DNA from: Actinomycetota bacterium | GTDB taxonomy: Bacteria; Actinomycetota; Humimicrobiia; Humimicrobiales; Humimicrobiaceae | DNA length: 64,000 bases | Reading direction: 5' to 3' | Assembly: GCA_016870615.1 (NCBI GenBank) | Contig: VGAZ01000001.1 | Span: 6,481-70,480, forward strand | Shown: in pieces, positions 1 through 10,602 of the stretch | Layout: the number at the start of each line of letters is the position of its first letter | Numbering within the stretch: position 1 is the stretch's first letter | Notes under the pieces: model-generated | What the model was told of the DNA's origin: nothing | What the model saw: the letters and a program-made list of their open reading frames with translations, nothing else | The model's database searches: none | Program-made: the position numbers and the translations under genes

Positions 1-34
1 GTTTAATAAAAAAATAAGCTGAAAGGGCAAAAAA

Positions 35-709
35 ATGGATGTGAAACTTCTTTTCCAGCCTTCCTACACAATGGCCAATGTGAAGCTTTCTGCAAGCGAA
101 GAAATAAGGGCCGAATCCGGGGCAATGGTTTCAATGAGCGGCGGCATTACTCTTGAAACCAAAATGCAGGGCGGACTTTTTAAGGCTCTCGGCAGATCTC
201 TTCTTGGCGGTGAATCATTTTTTATGAATACCTTTAAAGCTGATGCCGGCGGAGGAGAGATAAACCTTGCGCCTGCTCTTCCGGGCGATATGTTTGTTGT
301 TGAGCTTTCAAAGCCGATGCTTGTACAGTCTGGAAGCTACATTGCCTCAGAAAGCGGCGTTGAAATTGATACAAAGTTTGGCGGCGCAAAAACCTTTTTT
401 GCATCTGAGGGACTTTTTCTATTAAAAGCCACCGGAACAGGCAAGCTTCTTCTTTCCAGTTTTGGCGCAATACATGAAATAATTCTTTCAGACGGTGAAA
501 AATACACAGTTGATACAGGACATTTTGTTGCATTTGACGAAGGAGTTGGATTTAATGTAAGGCGAATCGGCGGAATGAAATCCACGCTTTTTAGCGGAGA
601 GGGTCTTGTAGTTGATATTACTGGTCCCGGAAGAATACTTATACAGTCAAGATCGCAGGATTCATTCCTTGGCTGGCTTGTGCCGAAACTTCCAAAGAGC
701 AATAAATGA
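35..709 (+). CDS. AIM24 family protein (TIGR00266/DUF124)
   Basis: The 224-aa product has the N-terminal pattern typical of AIM24/TIGR00266 proteins. The whole sequence is Gly-rich and beta-strand-like. Confidence 0.65.
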   Translation: MDVKLLFQPSYTMANVKLSASEEIRAESGAMVSMSGGITLETKMQGGLFKALGRSLLGGESFFMNTFKADAGGGEINLAPALPGDMFVVELSKPMLVQSGSYIASESGVEIDTKFGGAKTFFASEGLFLLKATGTGKLLLSSFGAIHEIILSDGEKYTVDTGHFVAFDEGVGFNVRRIGGMKSTLFSGEGLVVDITGPGRILIQSRSQDSFLGWLVPKLPKSNK

Positions 710-771
710 TTATTTGCTGCACAATAAAATATAATAGGTAAAAAATACAAAACTCAATATTTGGAGGGATA

Positions 772-1464
772 ATGGAGCTGTTAAAGAGCCTGGGTTTTAT
801 AGCCGGGAGCTATCTTGTCGGAGCAATACCATTCTGCTATGTCCTCGGTAAATTGGTCAGCGGAAAAAAGCTCACTGAAATCGGGGATAAAAACCCAGGA
901 GGCTGGAACCTTGTTTTCAATGTCTCAAAATTCTGGGGATTTGTAGGTATAATGCTTGACATGGCCAAAGGTTATTTTGCATATTTTTTGGCTTTTTTAT
1001 TTACAGGTGACTGGTTTTTAGGGGCACTTGGCACTTATCATAACCAGCTCATTGCAATACTTGCAGGATGCGCCGCAGTTGCGGGCCATAATTATCCTCC
1101 ATATATGAAATTTAAAGGCGGAAAAGGCATTGCAACATGGGGAGGTTTTGTAATAGCAGCTCACTATATTAGCCTTCCATTTGGGGCAATAGGCCATCTT
1201 TACGGACTTCTTATTGCCGCGGCAGGCCTGCTTGCCGGACTTCTTTTTGCAAGAAATATGATATGGTCCATTTCGCTTGGAATAATATTTTCAGGTATAT
1301 CACTCTGGCTGTTTTCAGGCTCGGCAGTATTCCTGGCTTCAATAATTATTCTTCTTATTATAATGATACCCAGGCAGATTAACCGCAGCATAAGCCTGGG
1401 GCTTAATTTCAAGTTCAGGAAAGAAGCAACTCTGGGGGATTTGTTTAAACCTAAAATAAGGTAA
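772..1464 (+). CDS. PlsY-family glycerol-3-phosphate acyltransferase-like membrane protein (divergent)
   Basis: It is a multi-TM protein with the PlsY signature HxxPxxxKFKGGKGxAT (HNYPPYMKFKGGKGIATWGG). The N-terminal SGNxGATN motif is replaced by KNPGGWN. Confidence 0.6.
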   Translation: MELLKSLGFIAGSYLVGAIPFCYVLGKLVSGKKLTEIGDKNPGGWNLVFNVSKFWGFVGIMLDMAKGYFAYFLAFLFTGDWFLGALGTYHNQLIAILAGCAAVAGHNYPPYMKFKGGKGIATWGGFVIAAHYISLPFGAIGHLYGLLIAAAGLLAGLLFARNMIWSISLGIIFSGISLWLFSGSAVFLASIIILLIIMIPRQINRSISLGLNFKFRKEATLGDLFKPKIR

Positions 1465-1478
1465 AAGAAAATTTTATG

Positions 1479-2675
1479 TTATTTTATAATGCTGTAGCTG
1501 TCCTCAACAAGCTCGGCTTCATCTGAAGAAACAACATCATAAACCCTGCCTTTCCAGAGCACACCCTTTTTATATTTTGCCTGCAGATAGCTGTTAACTG
1601 CAATTACCAGCATATAGCAAACCGAAACAGGCATAAATAATATATCCAGCAGCCGTAGCCTGAGCCTCATTGCAAGCACAATCTTTATTGTAAATATTAG
1701 CAGTATCTGTACGATGTTTAAAAGTATAAGCAAACCGGACCAGTTTAAAAACAGTACTCCTAAAGGAAGCAGCACAAACGGCAAAAGGAATATTGCTGAA
1801 AAAGCAGTTAATGCTAAAACTTCCATAAAAATATTGTAATTAAAAGCCGCATAGACAAACTTTGAAAAACCCTGCATTACTTCCTTAAAGTTGCGGTACA
1901 TCCTGCAGAACACATTATCGTTGCCATCAAAAATCATGAATTTAAAACCACATCTCTTAATCTGTTTTGAGAGATGAATATCTTCCAGCACTTCTGATTT
2001 TATTGACTGGTGGCCGCCCATTTTTTCATAAACATGGCGCCTGAACATGAAAAACTGCCCTATTCCCGTGCTGAAAAACCCGCCCCTTGCATACTTTACA
2101 AGCAATAGCGGCATGAAGGAAAGAATTGCAAAATTAATAAAAGGGACTGTCATTCTTTCATGGAATGTAACAGTTATCTGTTTGGGGTAAACTGAGATTG
2201 CATCAAGTTTTCCGGCAAGCAGGGCCGCCAGTGATTTGGAAACAGTATTTGACAAATGCACAGTATCAGCATCTGTAAATATGAAATAATCCCCTGCCGC
2301 ATGGACGGAAAGCTGCTGGCATGCCCAGCATTTGCCCATCCAGCCTTTTTGCAAAGGTTCGCCGTTTACAAGCTTTATGCGGCTGTCTTTTTGGGCCATA
2401 TGCCTTACTATCTCTGAAGTTTTATCAGTTGAATTATCATCAAGCACAATTATCTCAATATTCTTATAATCCTGCTTTAAAAAGGATGCCACGCATCTGT
2501 AAATATTTGCTTCCTCATTGCGCGCAGGTATGAGTACAGAAACAAGAGGGGGTTTTGATAATATGTTATCCGGAAGGCAAAATTTCTGTATATTGCAAAA
2601 AAGAAACATATTGATTATAAAATTAATCAGTATGAATCCTAAAATGGCAGTTATTATATAATGATAATACAGCAT
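1479..2675 (-). CDS. glycosyltransferase family 2, membrane-anchored
   Basis: It has a GT2 core (VSVLIPARNEEANI..., DDNSTDKT, TDADT) and several C-terminal TM helices. Confidence 0.75.
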   Translation of the reverse strand: MLYYHYIITAILGFILINFIINMFLFCNIQKFCLPDNILSKPPLVSVLIPARNEEANIYRCVASFLKQDYKNIEIIVLDDNSTDKTSEIVRHMAQKDSRIKLVNGEPLQKGWMGKCWACQQLSVHAAGDYFIFTDADTVHLSNTVSKSLAALLAGKLDAISVYPKQITVTFHERMTVPFINFAILSFMPLLLVKYARGGFFSTGIGQFFMFRRHVYEKMGGHQSIKSEVLEDIHLSKQIKRCGFKFMIFDGNDNVFCRMYRNFKEVMQGFSKFVYAAFNYNIFMEVLALTAFSAIFLLPFVLLPLGVLFLNWSGLLILLNIVQILLIFTIKIVLAMRLRLRLLDILFMPVSVCYMLVIAVNSYLQAKYKKGVLWKGRVYDVVSSDEAELVEDSYSIIK

Positions 2676-2847
2676 CTTTAGTTAACTGGATAAATATTTT
2701 TAAGCTTGCTGAAAAACTCTTAAGCTTTTTATAAATACTTTGCCAAATATTATTCTACATTTTATATCTAAGACGCTTATTTTTTCTTATAGTTTTAAAA
2801 AAATATAATAATTTATTAATAAGTGAATAGAAGCAGGAGGTTATTTT

Positions 2848-3246
2848 TTATTGCTGCTTGCTCTCAGCCCTGCTTAAGAAATCATCAAGATTGACCACAA
2901 ACCTGCTGTGGGTTCCCTCGCCTATTTTTTCTACATCATCATAAGCCTCGATTCTAAATTTCAGTTTTGCCCCATCAACCTCAGTAAGCTCAGCTTTTGC
3001 AGTTACCGACATGCCTACAGGCGTTGCCGCTATATGCCTTATATCAACTCTGGTTCCCACAGATGCATATCCCTGGCAAAGCTTGCTGTCCACGCAATTA
3101 ATTGCGGCAGCTTCCATTAGCCCTATCATTGCCGGAGTTGCAAAAACCCTGACTGTCCCGCTTCCATATTTTAATGCTGTATTTTCATCTGTGACTCTTG
3201 AAATTGCCTGGCCCTGAATGCCGGGCTTTAAATTAAATTCACTCAT
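2848..3246 (-). CDS. hotdog-fold thioesterase, FlK (fluoroacetyl-CoA thioesterase)-like family
   Basis: Blocks VFATPAMIGLMEAAAI, GTRVDIRHIAATPVGMSVTAKAEL and DDVEKIGEGTHSRFVV are collinear with my recollection of the FlK thioesterase motifs. Confidence 0.65.
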   Translation of the reverse strand: MSEFNLKPGIQGQAISRVTDENTALKYGSGTVRVFATPAMIGLMEAAAINCVDSKLCQGYASVGTRVDIRHIAATPVGMSVTAKAELTEVDGAKLKFRIEAYDDVEKIGEGTHSRFVVNLDDFLSRAESKQQ

Positions 3247-3551
3247 TTAGCCCCCAATTATATAATAGATTATTTTTAAATATTACAGCTTAATTCCCGC
3301 TTAATTATTATCCGGATAATTATAAATAATTTTTTGTGATGTTACACTTAAAAAGTTTTTAAATCCTGCAAAACACAAAAAACTATTCCCTGTGCAACAA
3401 TCAAGGTGGCAATCTTCTATCATGCCTTAATCGAATAGAAAGTAATTACTGTAAATATAAAAAAATAATTGCTGGCACAGTTTTATTTCCAGCAATATTG
3501 ATTATTTTTGAATTGGCATTATCATAAAACCATTTAACCGGATTTCATAAC

Positions 3552-4526
3552 TTAGTAGGCATATAATTTGCCGTACGGGCGGTGTGAATGAGGGGAAAGC
3601 TTGACAAAGTTTTTTAACCTGCCTGAAATCATTTTTTCATAATCAGCTTTAAAAAAACTGCAGTAATTATTTATATATTGCTTGAGGACTTCAATATCAT
3701 TTTTATCAGGTTCTGCCTTTTTTACTTCTTTTCCAATTTTATACTCATCCACATCCCCGCATATAAATATTTTTCCGCCATGCATGCCAGTTCCTGCAAA
3801 ATCCCCTACAACAGAGCTTGAGGATGTTGAGTAAAATTTTTCAAAATAATATGTTTTTTCAAATTTCTTGCCGCCAGTGTCTTCAATATTTTTATCTTCA
3901 CCTAAATCTTCAGGTCCGCTGCCGGCGCTGCCTTGTTGCCCGAGCACAATTATAAGGCCGCCTGCCATATATTCCCCAAGAAAATTTCCTGCCCTTCCGC
4001 CAATGACTATTACAGGAAATTTATCAAGATAGGATTTCATGTGGATCCCGCTTCTCCAGCCGACATTATCCCTGATATAAATTTCTCCGCCGCGCATTGA
4101 ATACCCCGTAATATCTCCGCTGCTGCCATGGACTATTATTTTTCCGCTGTTCATAGTATTGGCCAACCCGTCCTGGGCATTTCCAAAAACCTCAATCTGC
4201 GGCCCGTCCATAAAAGCGGCCATATCATTTCCAGGCACACCGTATATTTTTATTTTAAAATTGCCTTTAATGCCATCACCGATATATCGCTGGCCTATTA
4301 CATTTTTTAAAGAAATTGTAAGCGGGCCATCTTTTTCTTGCGGCTGCCCGTAAATTTTATTATTTACAGCCTGCAGGTTTTGGGATTTCGCTGCGTCTGC
4401 GTATTTTACAGGCGCCGCATTTTTAATTATTTCTTTTAATGCACTGTTCAGTATGCGGTAATGCATATCTTTTGCATCAATTTCATACTCCATATTTTTA
4501 TGCATTTTAACCTCAGGCATCTTCAT
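3552..4526 (-). CDS. glutamate synthase GXGXG-domain protein (GltB domain 3 homolog)
   Basis: It carries repeated G-x-G-x-G beta-helix motifs (KIYGVPGNDMAAFMDGPQIEVFGNAQDGLANTMNSGKIIVHGSSGD...IVIGGRAGNFLGEYMAGGLIIVLG). It is the last gene of the split glutamate synthase cluster. Confidence 0.8.
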   Translation of the reverse strand: MKMPEVKMHKNMEYEIDAKDMHYRILNSALKEIIKNAAPVKYADAAKSQNLQAVNNKIYGQPQEKDGPLTISLKNVIGQRYIGDGIKGNFKIKIYGVPGNDMAAFMDGPQIEVFGNAQDGLANTMNSGKIIVHGSSGDITGYSMRGGEIYIRDNVGWRSGIHMKSYLDKFPVIVIGGRAGNFLGEYMAGGLIIVLGQQGSAGSGPEDLGEDKNIEDTGGKKFEKTYYFEKFYSTSSSSVVGDFAGTGMHGGKIFICGDVDEYKIGKEVKKAEPDKNDIEVLKQYINNYCSFFKADYEKMISGRLKNFVKLSPHSHRPYGKLYAY

Positions 4527-4588
4527 TTTTATAAATTTCCTTTCAATTAGCTTAAAGGCGCAAAAATAAAAAAAGGGGCTATTTCTTT

Positions 4589-5995
4589 TTATACCTCAAT
4601 TCCTTCACCTACCACAAGATGTTTCCTGTAATCTGCAGGCAGCTGTATAAGGCCGAAATCTTCCTTTACAATATTTTCCCCTATTTCAGATACATCAACA
4701 TTATTATTTATAAGCCCCCAGTAAATCCCGGCTCTTTCAATTGCGCCTATAAGTATTGCCCCGACTGCCCTGTTTTGCCTTACAACAATTTTACGGTATA
4801 TTTTCCTGTCCGTATCATGTGATTTATATACTTTTAAATCTTTGTTTTTGTCATCATATTCAATGCTGCTCTGCCCAAGCGAAATCATGGGCATGCCAAG
4901 TATTTCAACAGAGTTCATTAAAAATCCCCCTGGATATGCAGTATCTATGCCTGACATATTACTGCCTGCAACTTCACCTTGCTTAACTGCTATTGGCCAT
5001 ATGGCCATGTTTTTGTCGCTGCCGGAAAGCACGTCATGGCTTTTTACAATATCCCCCGCAGCATATATATTGTCAATTGATGTTTTCATCCTGCTGTCAG
5101 TAATTATCCCGGCATCTGTTTTAATGCCGCTGTTTTTTAAATATCCTGTATCCGGCAAAACCCCGACAGCCAGTATAAGCAAATCAGACGGTATCTTTCT
5201 TCCATTGCTGAGCTTAAAAGAATTAATGCTGTTATTTTCTGTATATATTTCTTCAATTGTCTGGCCGCAGTATATGCTGCTGCCTGACTTCTTTATTGCC
5301 TCAATGAGTATGCCGGAAGCAGTTTCATCAAATGAAGCAGACAGCAGTTTATCAGAAAGCTCTACTATATTTATATTTAAATGCAGCCCAAGCAATGCTT
5401 CAGCAGCTTTTAAACCTATAAGGCCTCCTCCAAGTATAGATGCGGTTTTTATTGAATACTCATTGATATATTTTCTTATCATGATTGCATCATCAAGTGT
5501 TGTGAGGGTAAAAATTCCCTTTACGGAACTCATTGCCTCATCCAGGCTTAGGGTTTTACCTGTTTTATCGATAACCCTTATTTCTGGAATTATTGGCCTG
5601 CCTCCGCTTGCAATAAGAAGCTTATTATATAAATACTGGTTTCCCTGCTCTGTTATAGCTAAATTATCACTGCTCTTTATTGATACAACATTTTGGTTTG
5701 TTTTTAAATCTATATTGTTTTCTTCATAGAAATTGCTTTTTTTAAAATAAAGATTGCCGGGTTCAAGCCTTCCGGCAAGATAGTATGTTGTGAGAGGCTT
5801 TGAGTAATTACTGTATTTTTCCTTTGTCAGAACGGTAATTGGCGAATTTTTATCATTTTTCCTTATATTTTCTGCAGCAGAAAGCCCTGCAGCAGAATTG
5901 CCTATTATAAGGTAGTCTGTATTAAGAATGTTTTTATTTTTAACCATTTTTATATTCATTCCTTTCGCGCTTCCCGAAGCGCTGAACGCTTTCAA
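4589..5995 (-). CDS. FAD-dependent pyridine nucleotide-disulfide oxidoreductase (probable electron-donating subunit of the glutamate synthase complex)
   Basis: It has an N-terminal FAD Rossmann motif DYLIIGNSAAGLSAAE, a second dinucleotide motif ILGGGLIGLKAAE, and AAGDIV. The real start is probably M13 or M17 of the listed ORF. Confidence 0.75.
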   Translation of the reverse strand: MKAFSASGSAKGMNIKMVKNKNILNTDYLIIGNSAAGLSAAENIRKNDKNSPITVLTKEKYSNYSKPLTTYYLAGRLEPGNLYFKKSNFYEENNIDLKTNQNVVSIKSSDNLAITEQGNQYLYNKLLIASGGRPIIPEIRVIDKTGKTLSLDEAMSSVKGIFTLTTLDDAIMIRKYINEYSIKTASILGGGLIGLKAAEALLGLHLNINIVELSDKLLSASFDETASGILIEAIKKSGSSIYCGQTIEEIYTENNSINSFKLSNGRKIPSDLLILAVGVLPDTGYLKNSGIKTDAGIITDSRMKTSIDNIYAAGDIVKSHDVLSGSDKNMAIWPIAVKQGEVAGSNMSGIDTAYPGGFLMNSVEILGMPMISLGQSSIEYDDKNKDLKVYKSHDTDRKIYRKIVVRQNRAVGAILIGAIERAGIYWGLINNNVDVSEIGENIVKEDFGLIQLPADYRKHLVVGEGIEV

Positions 5996-6014
5996 GATAA
6001 AGATACGGCCCTTT

Positions 6015-6455
6015 TTATATTTCCTTAATTTTTAGCGCCTCATTCGGGCAGTTCTTTACGCACACAGGCTCTTCTTCGTCAAAGCACAAATCACATTTTG
6101 AAGCAACTTTTTTTGATTTTATATCTCTTTTTATCACTCCGTAAGGGCATACCATTATACAGCTCCAGCAGCCGACGCATTTTTCTTCATCGCATATAAC
6201 AACGCCTGTATTCTCGTTTTTTGCCATTGCCCCGGAAATGCATGCGCCTGTACACGGGGCATCCTCGCAATGCCTGCACTGTATTGCAAAAGAGTTGCTT
6301 CCTATTTCCTCGACAAGAACCCTTGCCAGGGTGCCGGGCTGGTCCTCCCTGAAAGCTTTAAGTATTTTTTTGCTTTTTGAATGTTTTACCTGGCAGTATA
6401 TCTCACATAACCTGCATCCTATGCAGTACTGCTCATCTATAAAAATCTTTTTCAA
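6015..6455 (-). CDS. 4Fe-4S ferredoxin (multi-cluster)
   Basis: It has several CxxCxxCxxxCP-like motifs: CIGCRLCEIYC, CVGCWSCIMVCPYG and CDLCFDEEEPVCVKNCP. Confidence 0.8.
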   Translation of the reverse strand: MKKIFIDEQYCIGCRLCEIYCQVKHSKSKKILKAFREDQPGTLARVLVEEIGSNSFAIQCRHCEDAPCTGACISGAMAKNENTGVVICDEEKCVGCWSCIMVCPYGVIKRDIKSKKVASKCDLCFDEEEPVCVKNCPNEALKIKEI

Positions 6456-6510
6456 TTAGAGTCCGCCTTTACTAATAATCTTTTTGGACATTACAGTTTT
6501 CTTTACACTG

Positions 6511-8031
6511 CTACCATGCCTGCCCCGCGTGTTTTATTCCAAGTATTGAAAGTTCGATTTCGCTTAAATTAATTCCCCTTAAATGTTCCCTGTTTCCCCT
6601 TAAGCTTTCAATTGCATTTATTCCTGCCCCTCCAAGCATTTCCTTTATCTCATGTGACCATGCCCGCAAAAGCCCGGAAAGCCTTTTTGTCCCTATTGAA
6701 GGGTTAAGCCTTTTTGTAAGGTATGGATCCTGCGTTGCAATGCCCCAGTTGCATTTTCCTGTATAGCATTTCTGGCAAAGGTGGCAGCCAAGCGCAATAA
6801 GCGCTGCTGTCCCGATATATACAGCGTCTGCCCCAAGAGCAATTGCCTTAATAATGTCAGAGCTTGAGCGGATGCTTCCTGCAATAATGATTGCAGCTTT
6901 ATGCCTTATTCCTTCCTCCCGCAGGCGGGTATCCACCGCTGCAAGAGCCAGTTCTATTGGTATTCCCACATTGTCCCTGATTGCCTGCGGAGCAGCTCCT
7001 GTACCTCCCCTGAATCCGTCTATTGCTACAAAATCTGCGCCTGCGCGCACTATGCCGCTTGCAATAGGGGCAATATTGTGGACTGCTGACACTTTAACGC
7101 CAACGGGCTTTAAATAATCCGTGGCTTCCTTAATGGCATAAATAAGCTGGGCCAAATCCTCTATTGAATATATATCATGATGCGGGGCGGGAGATATTGC
7201 ATCTGAACCCTCCGGAATCATGCGCGTGCTGGAAATATCGGCGGTAACTTTTTCCCCGGGCAAATGCCCGCCTATGCCGGGTTTTGCCCCCTGCCCTATT
7301 TTAATCTCAACTGCAGCCGCGCTTCTTAAGTACTGCCTGTTTACGCCAAATCTTCCTGATGCAACTTGCACTATTGTGTTTTTTGCAAAATGCTGCAGGT
7401 CTTTATGCATTCCGCCCTCGCCTGTATTATAAAAGGTTCCAAATGAATATGCTGCAGACGCCAGCGATTTGCATGCATTAAGGCTTATTGAGCCATAAGA
7501 CATCGCGCTAAAAAGTATTGGCGTTGAAAGCTCAAGATGGGGCCCGAGTTTTGATTTTAATTTAAATCCGCTGTCATTTTTTTCAATTTCAAGCTTTTCA
7601 GGTTTTGCGCCTATAAATGTTTTTATCTCCATTGGTTCACGGAGCGGGTCTATCGATGGATTTGTAACCTGCGCCGCATTAAAAAGGATATGGTCCCAGT
7701 ATACAGTATGCGGTTTGTCTGAACCCATGCCTGTAAGAAGCACTCCTCCTGTTTCTGCCTGCTTATATATATTTTTTATGTGAGCTTGCTGCCAGTTGGA
7801 ATTATCCTTAAATTCTGCAGCTTTTTTTCTTATGGTGATAGCTTCGGTGGGACAAAGTGATTCGCATCTGTGGCACCCTACACATTTGCTGGCCTCGCTA
7901 AGCACTGTTTTATCATCAGCATCATACTCGTGCGCATCATTTGAGCACTGCCTTACGCATACCTCACAGGATATGCATTTATTTAAATCCCTTTCAACAA
8001 CAAATTCAGACTGGTTTAATTTTAATGGCAT
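6511..8031 (-). CDS. gltB: archaeal-type glutamate synthase large subunit domain 2 (FMN-binding), with N-terminal 2x[4Fe-4S] ferredoxin domain
   Basis: N-terminal CISCEVCVRQC and CVGCHRCESLCP motifs are followed by a GltS FMN-domain TIM barrel (LELSTPILFSAMSYGSIS, GEGGMH, QVASGRFGV, IKIGQGAKPGIGGHLPG, CHLCQKCYTGKC). Confidence 0.85.
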   Translation of the reverse strand: MPLKLNQSEFVVERDLNKCISCEVCVRQCSNDAHEYDADDKTVLSEASKCVGCHRCESLCPTEAITIRKKAAEFKDNSNWQQAHIKNIYKQAETGGVLLTGMGSDKPHTVYWDHILFNAAQVTNPSIDPLREPMEIKTFIGAKPEKLEIEKNDSGFKLKSKLGPHLELSTPILFSAMSYGSISLNACKSLASAAYSFGTFYNTGEGGMHKDLQHFAKNTIVQVASGRFGVNRQYLRSAAAVEIKIGQGAKPGIGGHLPGEKVTADISSTRMIPEGSDAISPAPHHDIYSIEDLAQLIYAIKEATDYLKPVGVKVSAVHNIAPIASGIVRAGADFVAIDGFRGGTGAAPQAIRDNVGIPIELALAAVDTRLREEGIRHKAAIIIAGSIRSSSDIIKAIALGADAVYIGTAALIALGCHLCQKCYTGKCNWGIATQDPYLTKRLNPSIGTKRLSGLLRAWSHEIKEMLGGAGINAIESLRGNREHLRGINLSEIELSILGIKHAGQAW

Positions 8032-8034
8032 TTT

Positions 8035-9168
8035 TTAATCCTTTTTCTTCACGCGGCCTATAACAGGGATACCGCCTTGGGGCCGCCATACAATATCAGG
8101 CTGCGGGCAAACTTTTATTATTGCCGACTCCTCACTTGAAACATACAAATAGTCATTTTTTCTTGCTGCAACCATGGGGCGAAGTTTAATCCTGTCGTTT
8201 AATGCATACATGAAATCATTATGCCCGGCAATAATACTGAAAGGCCCGTTAATAAGCGCTCCTCCATACATTATCCTTAAAGTGCTTGCAAGCTCCCTGT
8301 CATCTTCAGGCATTTCCTCAATACGTTCCCAGAGGGGCGCTGCAAGTATCATGTTCAATAATTCAATATCCATATTTTTTTTCCTGGCAAGAAGGTCAAA
8401 AAGATATGTTATTACTTCAGTATCAGTAGAGAGGCTGCACTCATAACCCAGGCTTGCCACATATCTCTGGTTCCTTCCGTATGATGAAATTTCACCATTA
8501 TGCACAATTGAGAAGTTAAGCAGCCCAAAAGGATGCGCGCCTCCCCACCAGCCAACGCTGTTTGTGGGAAACCTGCCATGGGAGGTCCACAAGTAACCTT
8601 TATATTCATCCAGCCTGAAATAATGGCCTATGTCCTCCGGAAATCCCACACCTTTAAATATACCCATATTTTTACCGCTCGAAATAATATATGCGCCGCT
8701 AACCCGGGCGTTCATTTTAAGCACAAAATCAACTATAAAATCATCCTCTGAAAAATTATCAACAGGGACGTTTCTCTCATACAGGCTGTAAATATCCTTG
8801 AGCTTTAAAAAATACCTGAAAATCATCGGGGGATTTTCTATGGCCGGGGATCTTTTTGTGGGCAGCTCCTCAAAATACAGGACTGCAAAACTTTTTTTAA
8901 GTATATCCTCCATCCTGTTTCGCGCATCACTATCGTCATAAAGTATATGAAATGCCCAGTCATTTTTATACTGGGGATATATGCCATATGCTGCAAACCC
9001 CCCGCCAAGCCCGTTTGAGCGGTCATGCATCATTTCAATACCGTCAATTATCGTCCTGCCGTCAAAACAGCTGCCGCTTTCATTTAAAACGCCAAATACG
9101 GCGCAGCCTGAAGGAACCCTGTAGCCTGGATAATCAGATTTTTTATTTTTTATTAAAGATATACTCAT
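8035..9168 (-). CDS. class II (Ntn) glutamine amidotransferase domain protein (glutamate synthase domain 1 homolog)
   Basis: The nucleophile Cys sits in SGCAVFGVL after a short propeptide, within a GATase-2 fold. It is the first gene of the cluster. Confidence 0.85.
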   Translation of the reverse strand: MSISLIKNKKSDYPGYRVPSGCAVFGVLNESGSCFDGRTIIDGIEMMHDRSNGLGGGFAAYGIYPQYKNDWAFHILYDDSDARNRMEDILKKSFAVLYFEELPTKRSPAIENPPMIFRYFLKLKDIYSLYERNVPVDNFSEDDFIVDFVLKMNARVSGAYIISSGKNMGIFKGVGFPEDIGHYFRLDEYKGYLWTSHGRFPTNSVGWWGGAHPFGLLNFSIVHNGEISSYGRNQRYVASLGYECSLSTDTEVITYLFDLLARKKNMDIELLNMILAAPLWERIEEMPEDDRELASTLRIMYGGALINGPFSIIAGHNDFMYALNDRIKLRPMVAARKNDYLYVSSEESAIIKVCPQPDIVWRPQGGIPVIGRVKKKD

Positions 9169-9475
9169 TTTTATTATATGTACTCTGCCAAATATTGCTG
9201 TAAAAATAAAAAAGCCCCAAAAGACGTATCTGTCTGTTGCGGCTTCATTACCACTTTACCTTGCATAAAATACAGCTTTGTAAAAATATGCTTAAAGTAA
9301 TTAATAATATATTTACATTTTAAAAGTGTATGATAACTGTTTTTTCAAAAAAGTCAAATTTAAGTCAAATTTTTAAAGCCGGGCCAGGTAATAAACCCGG
9401 CTAAAAAGCATAAAATTAAAACTATATATTATTTACAGTAAAAATATTTTTAAATTTTTGCGCCAGACTGGTTAA

Positions 9476-10483
9476 TCAGGAATATATTTTCTTCATGTCT
9501 TCAAGAGTAAGCGGCTCATAATCAGCTGCATGCCCTGCAGTACCGAAGTCTATCATCTTGCCTTTAACAACCTCATAAACTGCCTTCCTGGCTGCCCCAA
9601 AGTAAGTTCTCGGATCAAATTCAGCCGGATTTTCTGCAAAGAATTTTCTTATTGCCCCGGTCATTGCAAGCCTTCCATCTGTGTCTACATTTATCTTCTT
9701 TATTCCAAGCTTAATGGCTTCCTGTATTGCTGACATGGGGACGCCGACTGCATCCGGCATCTTACCGCCATAATTATTAACCAAATCTATAAGCTCCTTT
9801 GGAACTGATGATGAGCCATGCATGACAAGCGGTGTACCGGGTGCTTTCTCCCGCACCTGCTTTATTATTTCCATCTTTATCATATCTTTTGCCACTTCCG
9901 GATCAACCTTGAACTTATATGCGCCATGGCTTGTGCCGATTGCAAGAGCAAGGGCATCGACACCGGTAATTTTTATAAACTTCGCAGCTTCATCCGGGTC
10001 AGTCAGTTTAACTTTTCCCGAACCCACGCCATCTTCAATCCCGCCAAGTGTGCCCAGCTCGCCTTCCACTGTTACGCCAAGATTGTGCGCATAATCAACG
10101 ACAGCTTTTGTAACTTCCACATTTTCATCAAATGTAGTGGGGGTTTTGCTGTCCTCTTTTAAAGAACCGTCAATCATAACTGAAGTAAAACCAAGCTCTA
10201 TTGCAAGCTTGCAAGTATCAAGGCTGTTTCCGTGGTCAAGGTGCAGGGCAACAGGTATTTCCGGGTTGTCTTCTATGGCTGCAGCGACCATGTGCTTTAT
10301 ATAATACATATTTGTATATTTTAAAGCGCCACGGCTGGCCTGTACTATTACAGGCGACTGGGTTTCTTTGGCGGCCATCATAATCCCCTGTATCTGTTCC
10401 ATATTATTGACATTGAAAGCCCCAACCCCATAGTTTTTTTTCATTGCTTCATCGAGAATCTGTTTCATTGGAACAAGCGGCAT
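9476..10483 (-). CDS. fba: fructose-1,6-bisphosphate aldolase, class II
   Basis: Motifs NYGVGAFNVNNMEQ, PVIVQASRGA, ALHLDHG, MIDGS and HGSSSVP fit class II FBA. Confidence 0.9.
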   Translation of the reverse strand: MPLVPMKQILDEAMKKNYGVGAFNVNNMEQIQGIMMAAKETQSPVIVQASRGALKYTNMYYIKHMVAAAIEDNPEIPVALHLDHGNSLDTCKLAIELGFTSVMIDGSLKEDSKTPTTFDENVEVTKAVVDYAHNLGVTVEGELGTLGGIEDGVGSGKVKLTDPDEAAKFIKITGVDALALAIGTSHGAYKFKVDPEVAKDMIKMEIIKQVREKAPGTPLVMHGSSSVPKELIDLVNNYGGKMPDAVGVPMSAIQEAIKLGIKKINVDTDGRLAMTGAIRKFFAENPAEFDPRTYFGAARKAVYEVVKGKMIDFGTAGHAADYEPLTLEDMKKIYS

Positions 10484-10602
10484 GATAAATCCTCCTGAAA
10501 TAAAAAATAATAATAGTATCTGTTATAAAATATACTTGGCAGAATCACTTTAAAAAATCCCAAATAATAATACAACAGTAATCATATTAAAGAAATAAAA
10601 AA

